Below, one piece after another: positions 26,881 through 39,950 of a stretch of 64,000 bases of DNA. Position 1 is the first letter of the stretch. The number at the start of each line of letters is the position of its first letter. Made by a program: the position numbers and the translations under genes. This DNA is from Eledone cirrhosa. Lineage: Eukaryota. The notes beneath the pieces are model-generated. The model made no database searches, was not told the origin of the DNA, and saw only the letters and a list, made by a program, of their open reading frames with translations. The DNA lies in NCBI GenBank assembly GCA_964016885.1, contig OZ024754.1, positions 41,540,001 through 41,604,000 on the forward strand, written 5' to 3'.

Positions 26881-29800
26881 TGCTGTGTCTTTTACATGTC
26901 CACTTTACAGTGTGTGCTGGGTGCTCTATGCTGTGTCTTTTACATGTCCACTTTACAGTGTGCACTGGGTACTCTATGCTGTGTCTTTTACACGTCCACT
27001 TTACAGTGTGGGCTGGGTGCTCTTTGCTGTGTCTTTTACATGTCCACTTTACATTGTGCGCTGGGTGCTCTTTGCTGTGTCTTTTACACGTCCACTTTAC
27101 AGTGTGGGCTGGATGCTCTTTGCTGTGTCTTTTACACATCCACTTTACAGTGTGGGCTGGGTGCTCTTTGCTGTGTCTTTTACATGTCCACTTTACAGTG
27201 TGGGCTGGGTGCTCTTTGCTGTGTCTTTTACACGTCCACTTTACAGTGTGGACTGGGTGCTCTATGCTGTGTCTTTTACACATCCACTTTACAGTGTGGG
27301 CTGGGTGCTCTTTGCTGTGTCTTTTACATGTCCACTTTACAGTGTGGGCTGGGTGCTCTTTGCTGTGTCTTTTACACGTCCACTTTACAGTGTGGGCTGG
27401 GTGCTCTTTGCTGTGTCTTTTACATGTCCACTTTACAGTGTGGGCTGGGTGCTCTTTGCTGTGTCTTTTACATGTCCACTTTACAGTGTGGGCTGGGTGC
27501 TCTTTGCTGTGTCTTTTACATGTCCACTTTACAGTGTGGGCTGGGTGCTCTTTGCTGTGTCTTTTACACGTCCACTTTACAATGTGGGCTGGGTGCTCTT
27601 TGCTGTGTCTTTTACATGTCCACTTTACAGTGTGGGCTGGGTTTTCTTTAATTTAAACTTATTTTAACATATTTAAAAAAATTTTAATTATACACTAAGA
27701 TTTATGATAATTTTTTTTATAGATAAGAACATTTAATATTTTTTTAAACATAAATTTTTAAAAACTTACTTTTAAAATTTAAAAAGTTTTGTAATTTTAC
27801 ATAATTTTAATATTATTTTTAAAACATTTAAAATTATTAATAATTAATATCTATTTATTCCACTTTACAGTGTGGGCTGGGTGCTCTTTGCTGTGTCTTT
27901 TACATGTCCACTTTACAGTGTGGGCTGGGTGCTCTTTGCTGTGTCTTTTACATGTCCACTTTACAGTGTGGACTGGGTGCTCTTTGCTATGTCTTTTACA
28001 TGTCCACTTTACAGTGTGGGCTGGGTGCTCTTTGCTGTGTCTTTTACACGTCCACTTTACAGTGTGGACTGGGTGCTCTATGCTGTGTCTTTTACACATC
28101 CACTTTACAGTGTGGGCTGGGTGCTCTTTGCTGTGTCTTTTACATGTCCACTTTACAGTGTGGGCTGGGTGCTCTTTGCTGTGTCTTTTACACGTCCACT
28201 TTACAGTGTGGGCTGGGTGCTCTTTGCTGTGTCTTTTACATGTCCACTTTACAGTGTGGGCTGGGTGCTCTTTGCTGTGTCTTTTACACGTCCACTTTAC
28301 AGTGTGGGCTGGATGCTCTTTGCTGTGTCTTTTACACATCCACTTTACAGTGTGGGCTGGGTGCTCTTTGCTGTGTCTTTTACATGTCCACTTTACAGTG
28401 TGGGCTGGGTGCTCTTTGCTGTGTCTTTTACACGTCCACTTTACAGTGTGGACTGGGTGCTCTATGCTGTGTCTTTTACACATCCACTTTACAGTGTGGG
28501 CTGGGTGCTCTTTGCTGTGTCTTTTACATGTCCACTTTACAGTGTGGGCTGGGTGCTCTTTGCTGTGTCTTTTACACGTCCACTTTACAGTGTGGGCTGG
28601 GTGCTCTTTGCTGTGTCTTTTACATGTCCACTTTACAGTGTGGGCTGGGTGCTCTTTGCTGTGTCTTTTACATGTCCACTTTACAGTGTGGGCTGGGTGC
28701 TCTTTGCTGTGTCTTTTACATGTCCACTTTACAGTGTGGGCTGGGTGCTCTTTGCTGTGTCTTTTACACGTCCACTTTACAATGTGGGCTGGGTGCTCTT
28801 TGCTGTGTCTTTTACATGTCCACTTTACAGTGTGGGCTGGGTTTTCTATGCTGTGTCTTTTACATGTCCACTTTACAGTGTGGGCTGGGTGCTCTTTGCT
28901 GTGTCTTTTACACGTCCACTTTACAGTGTGGGCTGGGTGCTCTTTGCTGTGTCTTTTACATGTCCACTTTACAGTGTGGGCTGGGTGCTCTTTGCTGTGT
29001 CTTTTACACGTCCACTTTACAGTGTGGGCTGGGTGCTCTTTGCTGTGTCTTTTACACGTCCACTTTACAGTGTGGGCTGGGTGCTCTTTGCTGTGTCTTT
29101 TACATGTCCACTTTACAGTGTGGGCTGGGTGCTCTTTGCTGTGTCTTTTACATGTCCACTTTACAGTGTGGACTGGGTGCTCTTTGCTATGTCTTTTACA
29201 TGTCCACTTTACAGTGTGGGCTGGGTGCTCTTTGCTGTGTCTTTTACACGTCCACTTTACAGTGTGGACTGGGTGCTCTATGCTGTGTCTTTTACACATC
29301 CACTTTACAGTGTGGGCTGGGTGCTCTTTGCTGTGTCTTTTACATGTCCACTTTACAGTGTGGGCTGGGTGCTCTTTGCTATGTCTTTTACATGTCCACT
29401 TTACAGTGTGGGCTGGGTGCTCTTTGCTGTGTCTTTTACATGTCCACTTTACAGTGTGGGCTGGGTGCTCTTTGCTGTGTCTTTTACACGTCCACTTTAC
29501 AGTGTGGGCTGGGTGCTCTTTGCTGTGTCTTTTACACGTCCACTTTACAGTGTGGGCTGGGTGCTCTTTGCTGTGTCTTTTACACGTCCACTTTACAGTG
29601 TGGGCTGGGTGCTCTTTGCTGTGTCTTTTACATGTCCACTTTACAGTGTGGGCTGGGTGCTCTTTGCTGTGTCTTTTACACGTCCACTTTACAGTGTGGG
29701 CTGGGTGCTCTTTGCTGTGTCTTTTACATGTCCACTTTACAGTGTGGGCTGGGTTTTCTATGCTGTGTCTTTTACATGTCCACTTTACAGTGTGTGCTGG

Positions 29801-29978
29801 GTGCTCTTTGCTGTGTCTTTTACACGTCCACTTTACAGTGTGGGCTGGGTGCTCTTTGCTGTGTCTTTTACATGTCCACTTTACAGTGTGGGCTGGATGC
29901 TCTTTGCTGTGTCTTTTACACAGCCACTTTACAGTGTGGGCTGGGTGCTTTTTGCTGTGTCTTTTACAAGTTCACTGT
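26855..29978. repeat. 40-bp SINE-derived minisatellite (about 70 units), interrupted at 27648-27859
   Basis: Unit ccactttacagtgtgggctgggtgctctttgctgtgtcttttacatgt-like; same core as the SINE B internal repeat at 13716-13745. Confidence 0.95.
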
Positions 29979-30377
29979 GTAAATTCAGATATGGCTTGGT
30001 CTACCAGTTTATTGCAATATCTTCTGTTTATTAGTATTTGATTGATTCTATGGAGTTCTTCAGTAAATGTAATGTTTCTGTAGGAGAATCTAATTTCTCT
30101 TCTAAATAAGAATTGTATTCCTGACATTTTATAGCAGTACAGACAGTCACTACCTACATACAGGTATATACGTGTGTGTGTGTCTGTGCGCGCGTAGGCG
30201 CGCGCGCGTGTGTGTCTGTGTGTGTGTAAAAGGTGAAACTCCAGAATAACTAAACTCATTATTTAGACTTGATGAAATATATATATATATAATATATAAT
30301 ACAATATATTATATATTATATTATATTATATATATTATATTATATATATATATATAATATAATATATATAATATAAT

Positions 30378-30437
<60 letters not shown>

Positions 30438-30562
30438 TAATATATTATATATTATATTATATATATATATATATATAAGCAAGGAAAAATTGGCATAAAA
30501 CGACAATGGTGATGATGATGATGATTTTTTTATATAATATATATATATGCATATATATGTGC

Positions 30563-30604
<42 letters not shown>

Positions 30605-30769
30605 AAACATTTATTATCACAGTCCCATCTGTCTTTCAGTGCCGGTATGGTTTGGATCAAACTTTTGTGGCAGTCTTTTGCAACCAGATGACCTTTCTGA
30701 TGACAAACCTTTGAGTCATGTCTTATAACTTGCAGGAATAAGATATACCGATTCCACCAGAACATACTT

Positions 30770-31550
30770 ACACATACACATACACATACACACACATACA
30801 CAGACACATACAGACACATACACATACACAGACACATACACACACATACACAAACACATACATATACACATACACACACATACACTCACACTCACACACA
30901 GACATATACAGACACATACACATACACACACACATACACAAACACATACACACACAGACACATACACATACACATACAGACACATACACAAACACATACA
31001 CAGACACATACAGACACACACATACACAAACACATACATATACACAAACACACACATACACTCACACACAGACATATAGAGACACATACACATACACACA
31101 CATACACAAACACATACACATACACACACAGACACATACACATACAGACACATACAGACACACACACACACACACACACATACACAAACACATACATATA
31201 CACAGACACATACACACACATACACATACACTCACACTCACACACAGACATATACAGACATATACAGACACATACACATACACATACAGACACATACACA
31301 GACACATACACATATACATACAGACACATACACAGACACACACATACACAGACACAGACACATACACACACATACACATACACATACACTCGCACTCACA
31401 CACAGACATACACAGAGACACACACACACACTGATACACATACACACACACACTCACACAGACATATACAGAGACACACACACACTGACACACACAGACA
31501 CACACACACAGACATACACACACACATACACAGAGACGCACAGACGCACA
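30770..31550. repeat. (CA)-rich compound microsatellite
   Basis: Directly visible. Confidence 0.95.
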
Positions 31551-31632
31551 TTCGATATATATATATATTTTGTAAACTTTGTGGTTTAAAAGATGTTTCC
31601 TTACTGTAACAGTCCACAAACCTATCGAAACA

Positions 31633-32345
31633 TACTAGTACAGTCTCTGTACTAAGTAATGTACTAATGTACTACGGTACTAACGTACTAATATACTAAT
31701 GTACTAATGTACTATGGTACTAATGTACTAATGTACTATGGGCCTAATGTACTAATGTACTATGGTACTAATATACTAGTACAGTCTCCACACTAACTAA
31801 TGTACTAATGTACTAATGTACTTATGTACTATGGTACTAATGTACTAATATACTAATGTACTAATGCACTATGGTACTAATGTACTAATGTACTAGTACA
31901 GTCTCCACACTAACTAATGTACTAATGTACTAATGTACTATGGTACTAATATACTAATGTACTAATGTACTATGGTACTAATGTACTAATATACTAATGC
32001 ACTATGGTACTAATGTACTAATGTACTAGTACAGTCTCCACACTAACTAATGTACTAATGTACTATGGTGCTAATGTACTATGGTACTAATGTACTAATA
32101 TACTAATGTACTAATATACTAATATACTAATGTACTAATATACTAGTACAGTCTCCACACTAACTAATGTACTAATGCACTATGGTACTAATGTAGTAAT
32201 GTACTAATATGATACTAATGTACTAATGTAATGCACTATGGTACTAATGTACTAATATACTAATGTACTATGGTACTATGGTACTGATGTACTATGGTAC
32301 TAGTGTACTGATGTACTATGGTACTAGTGTACTAATGTACTGGTA
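31633..32345. repeat. 8-bp satellite (taatgtac/tatggtac) punctuated by tagtacagtctccacactaac
   Basis: Directly visible. Confidence 0.92.
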
Positions 32346-32689
32346 CAACCCACCCCCTTCTCTCTCCAGGTCGGAACACAGGGACTGGCTGATTATTTCA
32401 AGAGAAGGAGAGAGAGAGAGAGTGATAGAGAGGGGGAGTTAGATAAAGACAGAGAGAGAGCGAGAGAGTGATAGAGAGGGGGAGTTAGATAAAGACAGAG
32501 AGAGAGCGAGAGAGCGAGAGAGTGATAGAGAGGAAGTGAGAAAGAGATATAGAGGAAGAATCTACTAGACTGGTACTTTTTTATTGACCATAAATGAAGA
32601 ATGAAAGACAAAGTTGACCTCAGCAGGATTTGAACTCAGGGAGCGGAGATTTGAAACAAATTCCACAAAACATTGAATCTGACTCAAAA

Positions 32690-33040
32690 TATGATGAAAT
32701 GTTTAAAAAATAATGGCCAACTGATTCACAATTTTCAAATTGTGAATAAGAAGTAAAACAGAAAAGCAATGAAGCTTTATGTCAAGTTTGTAACATTGAA
32801 ATATAAATTCACAAAACCAATTTAACTAAGTATACTTCCTCAGCTAAACATAAAAACATGGCGCTTTAATAAACTCACATTCACAACAAACTATCAAAAG
32901 TGTTTTTTTTTTGTTTGTTTTTTGTTTTTTTAGTTTAGTTTCCACTAACAAAACAAAATAACAAATTTAGAATTACGTAGTTAGTAGTATTTGTGTCTTG
33001 GAGTTCACAGTTTTGATCGATTTGGAAATTTATTTAAGAA
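32690..33040 (+). pseudogene. Decayed N-terminal zinc finger of a hAT-like transposase
   Basis: Reads EALCQVCNIEI*IHKTNLTKYTSSAKH (C-x2-C...H pattern); same strand as the core fragment at 34960. Confidence 0.5.
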
Positions 33041-33293
33041 AAAAAAAAAAAAAAAAAAAAACTCACGAATTCTTTCATCATAAATGGCAGTGATTTGATA
33101 AAGTGCAAAACAAAAGATGCAACACTTCTAAAACAGTACAAGAACATGAGATGTAATGGTTAAGATGGTGGGCTTATAACTATAAGGTTATGAGTTCAAT
33201 TCCTGGAATAAGCAGTGCATTGTGTTCTTGAATTAATACAGAATGTAATGAGCTGTTACACTCATATACACACACACATATATATATATATAC

Positions 33294-33331
<38 letters not shown>

Positions 33332-33505
33332 ATATATAATTAGTTACAATAGTGACATTTACAGGTATTTGTGTTTTGTTGGGTTATACATCCCAACTCA
33401 TGCAGCCTGTTATATAAAAAGTAAATGGCTACTTCCACAGGTTGATTTGAAGTTTTTAGAAAACATGTGCAAGAGTTCTTCAAGGGCAGGCAATTTCGAA
33501 TTTAG

Positions 33506-33573
<68 letters not shown>

Positions 33574-33605
33574 AGATCAAAAGATGGTTAAAGGAGTTCA
33601 ATATA

Positions 33606-33672
33606 TTTTATTATGCGCATTTCAAAAACAAACATCATCAAACAATAATATTTGTGTTTTCATCAGATAAAA
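33606..33672 (-). ncRNA. Type I hammerhead ribozyme (mirror copy of 33790-33856)
   Basis: Reverse complement of the plus-strand motif within the palindrome. Confidence 0.78.
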
Positions 33673-33789
33673 CAGGAGAACATGATATGAAGGCTAAAAA
33701 AACACTTGTTGATAGTGCAGTTTTAAATCAACATATCAAAACTGCACTATCAACAAGTGTTTTTTTAGCCTTCATATCATGTTCTCCTG

Positions 33790-33856
33790 TTTTATCTGAT
33801 GAAAACACAAATATTATTGTTTGATGATGTTTGTTTTTGAAATGCGCATAATAAAA
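33790..33856 (+). ncRNA. Type I hammerhead ribozyme
   Basis: ttttat-CTGATGA-[16-bp stem II with 1 mismatch and 3 G-U pairs]-GAAA-tgcgca-TA-ataaaa; stem III ATGCGCAT palindromic; AUA cleavage after 33850. Confidence 0.8.
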
Positions 33857-34099
33857 TATATTGAACTCCTTTAACCATCTTTTGATCTTATATTATGCAT
33901 ACTCCAGTCCCACAAACTGTAGAGTGCTTCTTATCCGATATCTGCATTGCTTTATTGTACTACAATAAAACTCACCTCCTACATATATATATATATATAT
34001 ATATATAAACCCATGCAAGTGTGGAAGATGGACGTTAAACGATGATGATGATGATGATGATGATGATATATATATTTAATAAAAACACCACGTTATTTA

Positions 34100-34160
34100 T
34101 TCATTCTGATGACTGAAGACAGACATAACATCTGCCTTCAAGAAACCACTGGTAAATGAA
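34100..34160 (+). ncRNA. Type I hammerhead ribozyme
   Basis: ttcatt-CTGATGA-c-tgaagacaga(cataaca)tctgccttca-a-GAAA-ccactgg-TA-aatgaa. Stem I 6 bp, stem II 9/10, GUA cleavage after 34154; the 10.1-11.1 pair is a C-A mismatch. Confidence 0.78.
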
Positions 34161-34224
34161 ATAATTATCTTATGTTGTTTATTACATAACAAAATCCTGT
34201 ATTTTCCGACGGAAATACTTAATT

Positions 34225-34303
<79 letters not shown>

Positions 34304-34466
34304 CCCGAGTTCAATTGGGGAAACCACAGTAAATAAGGTACAATACATAGCAAAGTGTAAATATTTAATATAGAAATGGCTCCTACAGGACTAGACATTT
34401 CTATATTAAACACACACACATATATATATATATGTGTGTGTGTTAGATATTGCAAAATATATATAA

Positions 34467-34905
34467 TTCTTTCTACTTTTGGTACAAGGCCAGCAATTAT
34501 CTATCCCAGTGTATTACTGGTACTTTATTTTATTGACCCCATAGGGATGAAAGGCAAAGTTAACCTCGGTGGGATTTAAACTCAGACTATAAAGGGCGGT
34601 AACTCTATGCTTCAAAGTATGGTGTCCGACCCTCTACCGATACTGCCAAACTACCAATAATGGTTTCTGATTTAGGCACAAGGCCAGCAAATACCCAGTG
34701 CATTACTGGTACTTTATTTTATCTACCAATAATAGTTTCTGATTTAGGCACAAGGCTAACAATTTTTTTGCGGGGGAGAGGGGAAAGTTGAATAAATCAA
34801 CCCCAGTACATTACTGGTACTTTATTTTATCGACACCCATAAAGATGAAAGGCAAAGCTAACCTCAGTGGGATTTGAACTTAGAATGTAAAGGGACATAA
34901 CTCAT
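34467..34905 (-). mobile_element. Cluster of SINE A copies and fragments
   Basis: Three successive tail/body segments (ggcacaaggcc...actggtactttattttat). Confidence 0.85.
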
Positions 34906-34959
34906 GTTGACCAATGCTCCACTGATGCTGCTGAACAAAAAAAATATAATTATATTACA

Positions 34960-35460
34960 GTGTTTAATGCTAATTCATGTTATAAAAACTTCGGATGAAG
35001 TGTTGTATCAAGCCGCAGAACATTTCTTGAGTGAAGTCGGTATTAATACTAAAAATAGTCTCGCTATTGGAATAGACCGGGCTTCAAAAGTTTGTGCCAT
35101 TAATAATTCTTTCTACACATTAATGAAATTAGATGATCTAAACATGATTGTCATGAAATTCTTTTACTGGTATAATCTCTATTTAGTATGCTGCCATGCT
35201 GCTGAAAAATTTTACCTCCTAAAACTAACTCTCTTTCAATTGATTCCACAGATCAACGCTACAAAGAGAATCTTACTTAGAAATAAATAAATTAATGATG
35301 GCGAGGAACTACTGAAAATAACTCTTCTTTCAGTCACAAGTTAGTTAGAATGAAGTAACTGTGTAAAAAGTATTCGAAGTGAGTGGGATGCATTAAAATT
35401 ACATTTTCAAATGACATCTTCCAGTTGTGACCAGTTTTATGCAATGGGTTTACATGCTGT
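34960..35460 (+). pseudogene. Decayed hAT transposase core
   Basis: EVLYQAAEHFLSEVGINTKNSLAIGIDRAS.VC..NNSFYTLMK...LYLVCCHAA, later INDGEELLKITLLS.T..L...CVKSI.SEWDALKLHF; resembles hAT IG.GTDGA, CxxH and TRW regions; stops and frameshifts. Confidence 0.7.
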
Positions 35461-35525
35461 GTGCTCAGATGTAATGTGAGCTCCTTAAGCTGTCGTGAAG
35501 GCAACTCTAAATAAATAAGACTGAA

Positions 35526-35730
35526 TATACTGTACCGATTGTGTTGTTATTTCTGTTTACTGTTTACATACATATATTTCACCCTGCTCGTCCCTTCAAT
35601 CTATCTTTGATGAAGAACTTGTGTCCAAAACGTTAAGACCCTCTTCCTGCTATTTCAAGCGTTAACCTAATATATTCTTTTCATATACTGTACCGATTGT
35701 GTTATTTCTGTTTACCTTTTACATACAGAT
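35526..35730 (+). mobile_element. Partial-tandem pLTR-like unit with decayed HHR (35603-35640)
   Basis: atatactgtaccgattgtgtt...tctgtttac occurs at both ends; middle reads tct-TTGATGA-agaacttgtgtc-CAAAA-CG-TTA-aga. A homologue at 42417-42530 (minus) keeps CGAAAACGTTAAGA. Confidence 0.55.
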
Positions 35731-36154
35731 ATTGGTGTCACTAATGTCTACAGACTTCTGAACATTGATGGCCTGTGTATAAATAAACAGACTCTCCAAT
35801 CCACTTTCCTCGTATCCAGCTTCCTCGTATTCTTGATTTTCATCTGACATTTTCATTTCCTTTCAGTTTCATTCAGTTTTATTTTACTGCCAGACATATC
35901 CAACTTCAGTCTATACCCAGGCCAAAACTATTCTATATGGAAGTCATATGTAATATGTATAATGAATAAATATTTAGTCTTGTTGTAGAAACAGACGCCA
36001 TAGGTAAACAACTAAAATTTTTAATGGAAGACAAAAGTAGTTGGTTTTATACTTCAGGCTATCAAACCATCTGTAATTTATGTTAAAGGTTTATTTTTAC
36101 AGTAAGATGGAATACATGTTTATTCATTACTTTTTTTTATGCATATTTATACAT

Positions 36155-36925
36155 ATGTAAAGTGGTTGTGTTGGTGACATGACAAAAAGTGTCCACTCCA
36201 CACTGTAAAGTGGTTGTGTTGGTGACATGACAAAAAGTGTCCAGTCCACACTGTAAAGTGGTTGTGTTGGTGACATGACAAAAAGTGTCCACTCCACACT
36301 GTAAAGTAGTTGTGTTGGTGACATGACAAAAAGTGTCCAATTCACACTGTAAAGTGGTTGTGTTGGTGACATGACAAAAAGTGTCCACTCCACACTGTAA
36401 AGTGGTTGTGTTGGTGACATGACAAAAAGTGTCCACTCCACACTGTAAAGTGGTTGTGTTGGTGACATGACAAAAAGTGTCCAGTCCACACTGTAAAGTG
36501 GTTGTGTTGGTGACATGACAAAAAGTGTCCAGTCCACACTGTAAAGTGGTTGTGTTGGTGACATGACAAAAAGTGTCCAGTCCACACTGTAAAGTGGTTG
36601 TGTTGGTGACATGACAAAAAGTGTCCAGTCCACACTGTAAAGTCATTGTGAGGGTGTCACAATGAAAAGCACCCAGTCTTCACTATAAATTTGTCATTTC
36701 TGTGCCACCATAAAAACACCCAGTACTCACTGCAAATGTGGTTGGTGTTAGGAAGGGCTTCCATCTGTAGAAATCAAGCCAAAAACAATTCTGTGTGAGC
36801 AAGATTGGGTTATCTGATCTGACTTATCGCGAGATGGGACAACTCGGCTAACCCATGCTGGCATAGAAAAATGGACATTAAATGATGATAATGATGGTAA
36901 TGATGATGATGATGATGATGATGAT
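36155..36925 (+). mobile_element. SINE family B with its internal unit expanded into a 47-bp array (36155-36645)
   Basis: cacactgtaaagtggttgtgttggtgacatgacaaaaagtgtccagtc about 10 times, grading into the SINE B tail. Confidence 0.9.
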
Positions 36926-37457
36926 TTATCCAAGGTACCACAAAGTAGAACTGAACACAGAACCACATGGCTGCAAAGCCAACATTCCAACCATACAGCC
37001 ACATTGTATCACATGACTGTATCTCTTCTCAAAGAAATTTTTACTTTTTTTCTTTTCTTTTTTTAGTCTGAGGAAAAGTAGAAGTGACGCTAGCTGCAGG
37101 ACATATTGCAGCTCGAGTTAGATCGATGCACCATAAATATATTTATATTTCTCACCATTATATAAGACACATCTCCATATTACATATAATATTCTTGGTT
37201 CACTATTGAATTCCCATATAAGTCACAAGTTAGATTTATCAATACTGTTTAAAATATGCTTGGAGGAAGTTTCCATCAAAATATTCTAAACATAATTTCC
37301 TTCATAACATATCTAATAAAACTCCTCAGAAACAAATCCTTGGCTAATTCTTCACAAATCAAACTAATTTTAACAAACTTTTAATTTTCTATATTTAGTA
37401 ATTCTATTTTATTTACTTAATCACTTGTAATAACATTTTTTATTAAATTTCATCACA

Positions 37458-39215
37458 TGCAGTAATGTAATAACCCACTACCTCTACCCAGTAATGTAAT
37501 AACCCACTACCTCTACCCAGAGATGTAATAACCCACTACATCTACCCAGAGATGTAATAACCCACCACCTCTACGCAGTAATCTAATAACCCACTACCTC
37601 TACCCAGTAATGTAATAACCCACTACCTCTACCCAGTAATGTAATAACCCACTACCTCTACCCAGTAATGTAATAACCCACCACATCTACCCAGAGATGT
37701 AATAACCCACCACCTCTACCCAGTAATGTAATAACCCACCACATCTACCCAGTAATGTAATAACCCACTACCTCTACGCAGTAATCTAATAACCCACTAC
37801 CTCTACCCAGTAATGTAATAACCCACTACCTCTACCCAGTAATGTAATAACCCACCACATCTACCCAGAGATGTAATAACCCACTACCTCTACCCAGTAA
37901 TGTAATAACCCACCACCTCTACGCAGTAATCTAATAACCCACTACCTCTACCCAGTAATGTAATAACCCACCACATCTACCCAGAGATGTAATAACCCAC
38001 CACATCTACCCAGAGATGTAATAACCCACTACCTCTACCCAGTAATGTAATAACCCACCACATCTACCCAGTAATGTAATAACCCACCACATCTACCCAG
38101 AGATGTAATAACCCACTACATCTACCCAGAGATGTAATAACCCACCACATCTACCCAGAGATGTAATAACCCACCACCTCTACCCAGAGATGTAATAACC
38201 CACTACATCTACCCAGAGATGTAATAACCCACCACCTCTACCCAGTAATGTAATAACCCACTACATCTACCCAGAGATGTAATAACCGACCACATCTACC
38301 CAGAGATGTAATAACCCACCACCTATACCCAGAGATGTAATAACCCACCACATCTACCCAGAGATGTAATAACCCACTACATCTACCCAGTAATGTAATA
38401 ACCCACCACATCTACCCAGAGATGTAATAACCCACCACCTCTACCCAGTAATGTAATAACCCACCACCTCTACCCAGTAATCTAATAACCCACCACATCT
38501 ACCCAGAGATGTTATAACCCACCACATCTACCCAGAGATGTAATAACCCACTACCTCTACCCAGTAATGTAATAACCCACTACCTCTACCCAGAGATGTA
38601 ATAACCCACCACATCTACCCAGAGATGTAATAACCCACCACCTCTACCCAGAGATGTAATAACCCACTACCTCTACCCAGTAATGTAATAACCCACTACC
38701 TCTACCCAGAGATGTAATAACCCACCACATCTACCCAGAGATGTAATAACCCACTACCTCTACCCAGTAATCTAATAACCCACCACCTCTACCCAGAGAT
38801 GTAATAACCCACTATATCTACCCAGAGATGTAATAACCCACCACATCTACCCAGAGATGTAATAACCCACCACATCTACCCAGGAATAACTCATTCCATC
38901 TCCCAGTAATGAAATAACCCACTACATCTACCCAGTAATAACACACTCCATCTCCCAGTAATGTAATAACCCACTACATCTACCCAGGAATAACTCATTC
39001 CATCTCCCAGTAATGAAATAACACACTACATCTACCCAGTAATAACACACTCCATCTCCCAGTAATGTAATAACCCACTACATCTACCCAGTAATAACAC
39101 ACTCCATCTCCCAGTAATGTAATAACCCACTACATCTACCCAGGAATAACTCATTCCATCTCCCTGTAATGAAATAACACACTACATCTACCCAGTAATA
39201 ACACCCTCCATCTAC
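37458..39215. repeat. 29-bp minisatellite, changing to a longer derived unit after ~38880
   Basis: agtaatgtaataacccactacctctaccc. Confidence 0.96.
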
Positions 39216-39376
39216 TGCCGGTGTTTTTGCATAGCTACAGCTTTCTAAATGTTTATTTATAAACATACCATATTTCTTTTGAAATACGAAATTTCAATAC
39301 ATATAATAAGAATAGTAAAACGGACGAGGTGTTAGATCTTCATTTAATAATAATACATCTAACAAATCGTCCTTTA

Positions 39377-39424
<48 letters not shown>

Positions 39425-39603
39425 CATCATTACTCTCTGCATAGTTCAACACCAATATGCCTACTGGAAACTAAGCATCAAGTACTCAATCTGGTGAACC
39501 TACATTAACTGTATGTTACATTCCCTAAATATATATATATATATATATGCTAGCATGGAAGAAGGGACGTAAAACGGTGATGATGATGATGATGATGATG
39601 ATA

Positions 39604-39686
<83 letters not shown>

Positions 39687-39779
39687 CGTTTCTGAATTTG
39701 TTTAGCAAAAACACACACAAAACAAGATGGCGTAGGGCAGAACAAAGGAGAGGCACAAAAACAAAGAAAAGAATCCCCA

Positions 39780-39822
39780 GTCACTGAAGAGGTCACAGAA
39801 TGTGTGACGAAAGAACTTTGAC
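39780..39822 (+). ncRNA. Near-intact type I hammerhead ribozyme
   Basis: gtca-CTGAAGA-g-gtcaca(gaatg)tgtgac-GAAA-gaac-TT-tgac. One unpaired G at the stem II base; shares CTGAAGAGGTCACAG with the 13361 motif. Confidence 0.6.
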
Positions 39823-39950
39823 ATTATATGAACAATCGTCTGGTTGTGGAACCAGCCAACCAACCGGAAATTTATAAATTTAATTTATAATAAATTGAAG
39901 TGAAGCAACTGGTGCGTGTGTTTCTTATTGGCAACATGACCCTCCCAAAG

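Larger units (their letters stand above)
33566..33896. repeat. Perfect 159-bp-arm inverted repeat with 13-bp spacer
   Basis: Arms 33566-33724 and 33738-33896; no mismatch seen by eye. Confidence 0.95.

Noticed and set aside
26822-30041. Long Cys/Leu-rich ORFs; superficially CRISPR-like repeat
   Set aside because: Pure tandem repeat with no unique spacers and no cas genes, in a eukaryotic context.
37040-37135. Strong plus-strand acceptor-like tract
   Set aside because: All three frames stop quickly and there is no good donor site.
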